DNA of 35,650 nucleotides from Elusimicrobiota bacterium. GTDB lineage: Bacteria > CG03 > SLGR01 > JBDRKX01. The stretch is taken from positions 1 through 35,650 of the forward strand of contig JBDRKX010000004.1 in the NCBI GenBank assembly GCA_043813605.1, read 5' to 3'. Below are positions 28,545-35,650 of this stretch, one piece after another; within the stretch, counting starts at the first letter, position 1; every line of letters begins with the position of its first letter. Under the pieces are notes generated by a model. The model saw only the letters and a list, made by a program, of their open reading frames with translations, was not told where the DNA came from and searched no databases. The translations under genes and the position numbers were made by a program.

Positions 28545-30998
28545 TCATACCTTCCATATATCTTTTGCATATTCCATTATCGTTCGGTCACTTGAGAACC
28601 TGCCCGCTTTGGATACATTCACGATAGATTTTTGCGTCCAGTCATCAGCGGCCAAATACGTCATTGAAACTGTATCCTGCATTCTGCAGTATGGCTCAAA
28701 ATCAGCGCATATGAAGTACGGGGCGTTATTTTCCAGCGATTCCAGTATCGGATTGAATATACCTGGTGCGTATTGCGAAAAAAAATCACTTCTGATAAGA
28801 CGGATGATTTCTTTGAGCATCGGTGAACGGCTTATGAAATCTTTAGGATTATAGCCGTCAACTTTAAACTTATTTATTTCGGTTATGGTGTTGCCGAAAA
28901 TAAATATGTTTTCTTGTCCAACTGCATCGGCAATTTCAATATTGGCTCCGTCCAGTGTTCCTATTGTCAGTGCACCGTTCAGCATGAACTTCATATTTCC
29001 CGTACCTGACGCTTCTGTGCCGGCAGTCGATATCTGTTCTGACAAGTCGCTTGCCGGGAATACTTTTTCTGCCAGAGAGACTCTGTAATTTTCAAGAAAA
29101 ATCAGCTTTATCTTATCGTTTACGCTCCTATCCGGATTAATTCTGGCTGCGATGTTGTTGAGGAACTTTATGAGCAGTTTTGCCATGTAATAACCGGGAG
29201 CGGCTTTACCGCCCACAAAGAAAGTCCTCGGATATATAAAAGCCGATAAATTGTTCTTGACTGTAAGGTACTGAGATATGATATACAATCCAAAAAGCAG
29301 CTGTCTTTTATACTCATGCATACGCTTGACCTGTATATCAAAAATAGAATTTGTGTTTACGGCGATATTCATCGTTTTTTTAATATACATAGCGAATTCA
29401 TTTTTATTGCTGTTTTTTACATCCCGCCACTCTTTTCTGAAGGATGAATCTTCCTTAAACGGCATAAGTTTTTCAAGTTCGTCAAGCTTGGTTATCCAGC
29501 CGGTCCCGATCTTGCTTATAATCAGGTCTGATAACCTGGTGTTTGCCTTTAGCAGCCATCTGCGCTGGGTAACGCCGTTGGTTTTATTGTTGAATTTTTC
29601 AGGATAGAATTCGAAAAAATCCTTAAATGTCTTGTTCCTTAGGATATTTGTATGCAGATTCGATACTCCATTTACCGAGAAACTGCCTACTATTGAAAGA
29701 TGAGCCATGCGCACCTTTTTAGGGTAGCCTTCTTCGATTATAGACATTCTTCTCAGTCTGTCTATGTCCCCCGGGAACCTGTGCGCTACATCGTTTAGAA
29801 ACCGTGCGTTAATTTCGTAGATTATCTGCATATGCCTTGGAAGGAGCTTTTCTATAAGGGGGATGGTCCAGCGTTCCAGCGCCTCGGACATGACAGTATG
29901 ATTGGTATAGGCGAAAATATTCCTGACAACATCCCATGCTAAATCCCAGTCAAAACTGTAGGTATCGAGCAGAACCCGCATAAGTTCAGGGATTGCCAGC
30001 GAGGGGTGTGTGTCATTCAACTGTATAACTACTTTATCAGGAAGCTTGCTCAAATCAGAGTTTTCTGATTGGAACCGCCTGATTATATCTGCTATGGAAG
30101 CTGCAACAAAAAAATATTCCTGTTTAAGCCGTAATTCCTTTCCCTGGCTGATTTCATCATTAGGATAGAGGACTTTGGAAATATTTTCAGACAGGATTTT
30201 CTTATGTACAGCATTTTCATAATCACCCTTGTTAAAATATTCTATGTCAAAATCTTCAGTGCTTCTTGCTGACCAGAGCCTGAGCGTGTTTACGGTGTCG
30301 TTCTTATACCCTGGAATGGGAAAGTCATATGGCAGTGCGAGGACGTCATCAGTATCGATCCATTTTACCTCAAGGTTTCCGTATGTGTCGTTGAACATTA
30401 CGGTACGGCCGTAATATCGGACTTTCACAGTATATTCAGGTCTCGCAAATTCCCACGGGCTTTCCCTTGAAAGCCATTTGTCAGCCAGTTCTATCTGGTA
30501 TCCGTCTTTTATCTTCTGCTGGAAAATGCCATAGTCATACCGTATACCGTACCCGTGGGCGGGTATACCTATAGTCGCCATAGAGTCCAGAAAGCAGGCC
30601 GCGAGCCTGCCTAGACCGCCGTTTCCAAGACCCGCATCAAGTTCCTGCTCCCTAATTTCCTCAAAATCTATTCCAAGTTTTTCAAGGACCTTTTCTACGT
30701 TTTTCTCTATTCCTAAGTTAAAAATATAGTTGCCCAGCAGCCTGCCTATAAGGAATTCCATAGACAAATAATATACCCGTTTTAAATTTTCTTTATGGTA
30801 CCTCTGCTGTGTTGTGATCCACCTTTCGACTATCCTGTCGCGTACGGCAATTGCCATAGCAAGGTAATCATCATTCAATGTTGCAGTGTACTGGTCTTTT
30901 GAAAGGGCATATTCCAGCTTTTCCTTGAATGAGACTTCAATCCCCTCAGGGGTCATTTTTTTATGAAGTATGTCCCAGTTCTCGTATTCTCTTTTCAT
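28545..30998 (-). CDS. glgP: Glycogen/starch phosphorylase
   Basis: GLGNGGLGRLAACF, QLNDTHP, YTNHT, KRMHEYKRQ, EASGTGNMKF. Confidence 0.98.
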   Translation of the reverse strand: MKREYENWDILHKKMTPEGIEVSFKEKLEYALSKDQYTATLNDDYLAMAIAVRDRIVERWITTQQRYHKENLKRVYYLSMEFLIGRLLGNYIFNLGIEKNVEKVLEKLGIDFEEIREQELDAGLGNGGLGRLAACFLDSMATIGIPAHGYGIRYDYGIFQQKIKDGYQIELADKWLSRESPWEFARPEYTVKVRYYGRTVMFNDTYGNLEVKWIDTDDVLALPYDFPIPGYKNDTVNTLRLWSARSTEDFDIEYFNKGDYENAVHKKILSENISKVLYPNDEISQGKELRLKQEYFFVAASIADIIRRFQSENSDLSKLPDKVVIQLNDTHPSLAIPELMRVLLDTYSFDWDLAWDVVRNIFAYTNHTVMSEALERWTIPLIEKLLPRHMQIIYEINARFLNDVAHRFPGDIDRLRRMSIIEEGYPKKVRMAHLSIVGSFSVNGVSNLHTNILRNKTFKDFFEFYPEKFNNKTNGVTQRRWLLKANTRLSDLIISKIGTGWITKLDELEKLMPFKEDSSFRKEWRDVKNSNKNEFAMYIKKTMNIAVNTNSIFDIQVKRMHEYKRQLLFGLYIISQYLTVKNNLSAFIYPRTFFVGGKAAPGYYMAKLLIKFLNNIAARINPDRSVNDKIKLIFLENYRVSLAEKVFPASDLSEQISTAGTEASGTGNMKFMLNGALTIGTLDGANIEIADAVGQENIFIFGNTITEINKFKVDGYNPKDFISRSPMLKEIIRLIRSDFFSQYAPGIFNPILESLENNAPYFICADFEPYCRMQDTVSMTYLAADDWTQKSIVNVSKAGRFSSDRTIMEYAKDIWKV

Positions 30999-31360
30999 AA
31001 TCTTTGGATTTCTTTTCCAGTATTTAATTGTAATTGTATTTATTTTTTATGAATTTATCTATTTTTAAGTCAACAAAACGCGCCTATGTCAGCTGGAAAT
31101 AAATATGCAGGCAATTTGTACCGGTTACTCAGAAGAATAGCCGCCGGCAATAGAGCAAGTGAGGCAAAATGATAAAATACGCTGGATTTTACAGTTTATC
31201 CCTGCATCCTGTGCTTTTTTCGAATTCTGCTAAAACGTGAAACTTTATTATGGAATATAGAATCGAATTGCGTGCAGTCCTTATTTGCTAATATAAATGA
31301 ATATTGTATAAAATATAATAAGATATAAACTTCTGCTAAAAAAATACACTTAATGATGTC

Positions 31361-31921
31361 ATGATGAATATAACAAAGAATATTTGCGTATACAGTTCAT
31401 CAAGCAATTCTATTGATGATATATATTACAGAGCAGCCGAAGACCTGGGCAGATGTATTGTAGAAAACAATTACAGATTAGTATATGGAGGCGGCAATAT
31501 AGGCTTGATGTCGATATTGGCGCAATCCGTACATAAAAATGGAGGATATGTTACAGGTGTTATTCCTGAAGCATTAAAAGCCAAAGAGTTGGCTTATAAT
31601 AATGCTGACAAGTTGATTACAACAAAAACAATGGGAGAGCGAAAAGAAACCATGGAAATGTCTTCAGCTGCTTTTATTGCTCTTCCCGGAGGATTGGGCA
31701 CATTGGAAGAAGTACTGGAAATTCTCACGCTAAAACAGCTTAATTATCACAGTAAACCGGTAGTTTTTATAAATACCGCTGATTTTTTTCGCAGGCTTTT
31801 TGATTTATTTGAATTTCTTTATCTTAAAGGTTTTACCAAAACAGAGTATAAAGAGTTGTATTATATTGCTTCCGATGCCCAGGGAGCAATATCCTATATT
31901 AACTCGCATTATAATGCTTAA
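31361..31921 (+). CDS. LOG-family protein (TIGR00730-like)
   Basis: LVYGGGNIGLM, ERKETM, ALPGGLGTLEE. Confidence 0.93.
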   Translation: MMNITKNICVYSSSSNSIDDIYYRAAEDLGRCIVENNYRLVYGGGNIGLMSILAQSVHKNGGYVTGVIPEALKAKELAYNNADKLITTKTMGERKETMEMSSAAFIALPGGLGTLEEVLEILTLKQLNYHSKPVVFINTADFFRRLFDLFEFLYLKGFTKTEYKELYYIASDAQGAISYINSHYNA

Positions 31922-31951
31922 AATAGCGCAGAATGATATAAGAGAGCCCCT

Positions 31952-32989
31952 ATGTCTTTAACCGATATTAAAAACATGAACTTACATGATATTCAATCAA
32001 TATGTGCTGCTCAGGGATTACCTGTATATGTTTCAAAACAAATATTCGAATGGATTTATGTAAAAAGTATCCGTAAATTTTCCTTAATGTCTAATATTTC
32101 AAAAAATTTCAGGGACTATTTAGAAAATAATTTCTATATTTCACAGTTACCTGTACTTGAAAGCATAAAATCCGCAGACAAAACGACAAAATTCCTTTTT
32201 TCGGTCAGTAACAAGAATACCATAGAAACAGTTCTCATAGAAGAAAAAAACAGAAAAACTTTGTGTATATCAACGCAGGTCGGCTGTAAATACAGATGCG
32301 CTTTTTGTGTAAGCGGAACAGCGGGATTTCTAGGAAATTTAGAAACATCCCATATTGTCAATCAGTTTATGGAGGTTGGTAACTTGATAAAGCCGGATCG
32401 ATTAACAAATCTGGTTTTCATGGGTATCGGAGAACCATTGGATAATTTTGACAATCTGATAAAGGCAATTCAAATAATAAAAGATAAACAAGGAATTGGA
32501 CTCGGCAAACGGAAGATAACCGTTTCGACCTGCGGTATCAGCCCGATGATACGCCGGCTCGCAGATTTGCGAACCGATATTAATCTTACTGTTTCACTGC
32601 ATTCTGCCAATGATAAAATACGCTCGCAGTTAATGCCTGTAAATATAGAACATTCTCTGAGAAGTCTGATAATGGCGTTAAAGTATTTTGTAAAAGCAGA
32701 AGGTTACCCGGTGACTTTCGAGTATATTCTTATAAAAGGTGTTAATTGTTCCGCTAAGGATGCCATTGAATTAGCCAATTATGCTAACGGTGTACCGCAT
32801 AAGATAAATCTTATTCCTTATAACGTATCTTCATATTTTAAATGGAAACCTCCATCAGCATATGAAACATCTTGTTTTACGGATGTATTGAAAAAAAGAA
32901 ATATTCTATACACTATAAGAAAATCCAAGGGGCAGAATATTAATGCCTCATGCGGTCAGCTTATGGCTAATTTAAAAAACTACACGTAA
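31952..32989 (+). CDS. rlmN: 23S rRNA A2503 C2-methyltransferase
   Basis: CISTQVGCKYRCAFC, MGIGEP, ITVSTCG, VSLH, EYIL, ASCGQL. Confidence 0.93.
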   Translation: MSLTDIKNMNLHDIQSICAAQGLPVYVSKQIFEWIYVKSIRKFSLMSNISKNFRDYLENNFYISQLPVLESIKSADKTTKFLFSVSNKNTIETVLIEEKNRKTLCISTQVGCKYRCAFCVSGTAGFLGNLETSHIVNQFMEVGNLIKPDRLTNLVFMGIGEPLDNFDNLIKAIQIIKDKQGIGLGKRKITVSTCGISPMIRRLADLRTDINLTVSLHSANDKIRSQLMPVNIEHSLRSLIMALKYFVKAEGYPVTFEYILIKGVNCSAKDAIELANYANGVPHKINLIPYNVSSYFKWKPPSAYETSCFTDVLKKRNILYTIRKSKGQNINASCGQLMANLKNYT

Positions 32990-33028
32990 TGAAAATAAGG
33001 GCTATTGCCTTAACAAGTCAGTCCGTTT

Positions 33029-34348
33029 TCATTCCATATTTCCGAATAAATCATATTCATTGCAGTCATATATGCTGACATCATAAAATCCGCCTGTTTT
33101 TATGCGTTTTTTATTTGTTTTTATCAGTATATTCCCGTCAATTTCAGGAGCATGGCCCATTGAGCGGCCAATATAAAATCCGCCGGTTTCGCTTCCCTCA
33201 TATCCCTCGATTATTACTTTCATCACGCTTCCAAGAAGTTTCCTGTTCTTTTTATATGATATCTCCCGCTGTATATCCATAATTAGAGCCTGTCTTTCTT
33301 TTTTTACCTTTTCTGAAACAGTATCTTTATATTTATAGCTCTTCGTGCCCTCTTCGGCGGAATAAGTAAATACTCCAAGCCGGTCAAATTGAATTTCTTT
33401 CACAAACCTGCATAATTTTTGGAAATCATCTTCTGTTTCACCGGGATACCCGACCATAAATGTTGTTCTTAAAATTATATCAGGTATATCTTTCCTAATA
33501 CGATTTATTAATTCCCGTATCTGTTTTGAAGTTATTTTCCTGTTCATGGATTTGAGGATATTATCGGATATATGCTGGAGCGGGATATCTATATATCTGC
33601 ACATTTTAGGGTTACTTTTTATCGAATTGATGATCTTTAATTCAAAATGCGCAGGATGCGCATACATAAGCCGTATCCACTCTATGCCGCTTATCCGGCT
33701 TATTTTCTCCAAAAGCTCATCCAGTTTCCTTTTCCCGTAAATATCTACCCCGTAGTTTGTTGTATCCTGCCCTATTATGATCAGTTCTTTTATGTTATTC
33801 TGCGCAAGCAGCTCTGTTTCTTTTAAAAGACCGCTCATGCGCCTGGATCTGTAAGGGCCCCTGATATTCGGGATTGAGCAGTAAGAACACCTGTTGCTGC
33901 AACCCTCGGAGATCTTAAGGAAAGCGCTATGATTGGAATCCGGTATTTTTCTTTCAAGCAGGTTATCCTTCTTAATTTCCCCGCCCAGATTTTCAATTAT
34001 TTCCCTATAGCTCTCAACGCCGAAATACGCGTCAACTTCCGGAATATCTTTAAAGAGCTCCGCCCGATATCTCTGGGCCAGACAGCCGAACACTATTATT
34101 TTTTTTATGTCTCCATGTTCCTTCAGCCGAACCGCATCCAGAATGGTATCTACGGCTTCTTCTTTTGCCGCCCTGATAAAACCGCATGTATTTATGATAA
34201 CAGTGTCTGCCCTTGAGGCATCGTCTACAAGCCGGAAATTGTTTACTGAAAGCTGTTTCATCAGGCGTTCGGAATCAACAGTATTTTTAAAACATCCGAG
34301 TGTTATAACGCAGATATTTTTTCCTGTGTTTTTTTTATTATTTTTCAC
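33029..34348 (-). CDS. rimO: Ribosomal protein S12 methylthiotransferase
   Basis: LGCFKNTVDSE, INTCGFI, GCLAQRY, KISEGCSNRCSYC, APEIDG, TRAM domain. Confidence 0.95.
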   Translation of the reverse strand: MKNNKKNTGKNICVITLGCFKNTVDSERLMKQLSVNNFRLVDDASRADTVIINTCGFIRAAKEEAVDTILDAVRLKEHGDIKKIIVFGCLAQRYRAELFKDIPEVDAYFGVESYREIIENLGGEIKKDNLLERKIPDSNHSAFLKISEGCSNRCSYCSIPNIRGPYRSRRMSGLLKETELLAQNNIKELIIIGQDTTNYGVDIYGKRKLDELLEKISRISGIEWIRLMYAHPAHFELKIINSIKSNPKMCRYIDIPLQHISDNILKSMNRKITSKQIRELINRIRKDIPDIILRTTFMVGYPGETEDDFQKLCRFVKEIQFDRLGVFTYSAEEGTKSYKYKDTVSEKVKKERQALIMDIQREISYKKNRKLLGSVMKVIIEGYEGSETGGFYIGRSMGHAPEIDGNILIKTNKKRIKTGGFYDVSIYDCNEYDLFGNME

Positions 34349-35151
34349 CGGCCGTTGAACGGAATTCCATTATTACGCTGCCTGGCAGCTTCGAACATCA
34401 GGATAGTAGCGGTTTGAGCGGCATTCAGCGAGTCCGCCTGCCCTACCATCGGTATCCTTACACCTGTTTCTTCAAACCATATTTCAGTAAGTCCGCTATG
34501 TTCGTTCCCGACTGCTAATGCAGCCGCGCCGGTAAGGTCAATGTCCGTGTAGGATTTATGCGCATCATGAACCGCCGCGTATATCCGGACATTTCTTTCC
34601 TTAAGCCATCTGACAGCTTCAGCGGAATCGGCGACTGCCAGTGGAACGGTAAAAAAGGCCCCGAGGCTGTTCCGTATGACATTAGGGTTAAATATATCCG
34701 TATGGATATCGCAGATTATTATACCGCTGACACCCGAAGCGTCGGCAGAACGCAGAATAGCCCCTATATTACCCGGTTTTTCCAGGTTTTCCGCTATTAT
34801 GTACAAGGGCGCTGAAGGACAAGGCATATCTTTAAGCTTAAATTCAGGCTGCCTGGCAAGCCCCAGATGCCCGTCAGGATTATCGCCGTAACCCGTCTTT
34901 TTAAAAACATTCGCCGTTACAGGCTGTAAAGCCGTAGATTTTGCGCTTGCAAGTTTTATAAGTTCCTTATCGGCCAGGTCTTCCTGGAAATATAATGTTT
35001 CAATCTGGAAATTATTTTTTATTGCAAACGTGAGCTGGCGGACGCCGTCTATAATATATAACTTCTGCCTGTCCCTGTGCCGGCGCTGCCGGATCTTGAC
35101 CAGTTCTTTTATACTTGTATTCTGTAAGCTTGTTATCAGGGTATTCTTCAT
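34345..35151 (-). CDS. TrmH/SpoU-family RNA methyltransferase
   Basis: ITSLQN, EKPGNIGAILRSADA, VGNEHSGL, IPM-x-GQADSLN; GGAG RBS favours the ATG at 35151. Confidence 0.93.
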   Translation of the reverse strand: MKNTLITSLQNTSIKELVKIRQRRHRDRQKLYIIDGVRQLTFAIKNNFQIETLYFQEDLADKELIKLASAKSTALQPVTANVFKKTGYGDNPDGHLGLARQPEFKLKDMPCPSAPLYIIAENLEKPGNIGAILRSADASGVSGIIICDIHTDIFNPNVIRNSLGAFFTVPLAVADSAEAVRWLKERNVRIYAAVHDAHKSYTDIDLTGAAALAVGNEHSGLTEIWFEETGVRIPMVGQADSLNAAQTATILMFEAARQRNNGIPFNGR

Positions 35152-35394
35152 GCCTTCTCCCTCTTTGCCATCAGATAGATCGGGACATCCCGTTTCCTGC
35201 TGACCTTCTGCTCTGAATAATTTCAATTAACTTATTCATTAACATTTCCTCGCTGATATAAGATAATAAAGTATACTAAATTATTTTCAATGGTTGAAAT
35301 GTTAATAAGACTGATATATTACGAACAAACTGGAATGTAATTAAAAACAGAACCGTTTTTTCTTCAGAAAGTTTATTCCAGTAACTGGCGGCTA

Positions 35395-35650
35395 TTACCA
35401 GGTTGACGCGATGCCGCCGGAGAAAGACCTGATATGCGTGTTATAGTTTTTGTATTTACCGCCTAATAAGAGCTTCATATCCATTGTTATCCTGTACTTG
35501 CTGAAATTGAACAGGTTCACGCCGCCGTTAATGACCAGACCCAGCCCGACTTTTGATTCCTCATAAGAAACATTTTTCGTATTCAGCCAGTCTTCGGTGT
35601 ATTCCTCGTACTTGTATTCCACCGGGGAGATACCGGCGCCGATATACGGG
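35395..35650 (-). CDS. C-terminal part of an outer-membrane beta-barrel protein (runs off the window)
   Basis: Frame stays open to the window end; PYIGAG motif, alternating beta strands, terminal Trp. Confidence 0.65.
   Translation of the reverse strand, partial: PYIGAGISPVEYKYEEYTEDWLNTKNVSYEESKVGLGLVINGGVNLFNFSKYRITMDMKLLLGGKYKNYNTHIRSFSGGIASTW

Noticed and set aside
31070..31220. GC-richer patch upstream of glgP as a riboswitch or gene fragment
   Set aside because: No convincing stems or consensus; only a short hydrophobic frame without a start.
31952..32989. Cfr resistance methyltransferase
   Set aside because: Motifs (STQVGC, VSTCG, VSLHS) fit RlmN better; a phylogeny would settle it.
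1..35650. CRISPR array, tRNA/rRNA, and the many short antisense track ORFs
   Set aside because: No regularly spaced repeats or cloverleaf signatures seen by eye; the short ORFs shadow well-supported genes.

Overview
AT-rich bacterial chromosomal window, mostly minus-strand genes, with the gene content of an anaerobe. In order it holds a CsoR-regulated TolC/CusB-type metal efflux operon, an uncharacterised 565-aa protein with two kinase-like repeats, and an Rrf2 / 4Fe-4S / DsrE / TusA / IscS / IscU / hcp / rubrerythrin redox and Fe-S operon. A complete IS110 element splits that operon. Its ends, CT core, circle-junction promoter and two-loop bridge-RNA candidate can all be reconstructed from the sequence, and its target guide matches a Shine-Dalgarno sequence. 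Next come an unannotated 25-aa ORF with a perfect RBS and its own terminator, a methyltransferase and short pyruvate kinase pair, and a polyamine cluster (dead DHS-like gene, pdaD, speB). An ISLre2-type IS with a 9-bp TSD lies 16 bp upstream of a -35 box. The rest is a response regulator, GT-A-like protein, CsgG/TPR, isochorismatase, LemA/TPM, MgtC, glgP, LOG, rlmN, rimO, a TrmH-family methyltransferase and a partial beta-barrel. Several genes show decay or possible sequencing errors. I saw no rRNA, tRNA or CRISPR array. All calls are by eye; no searches were run.
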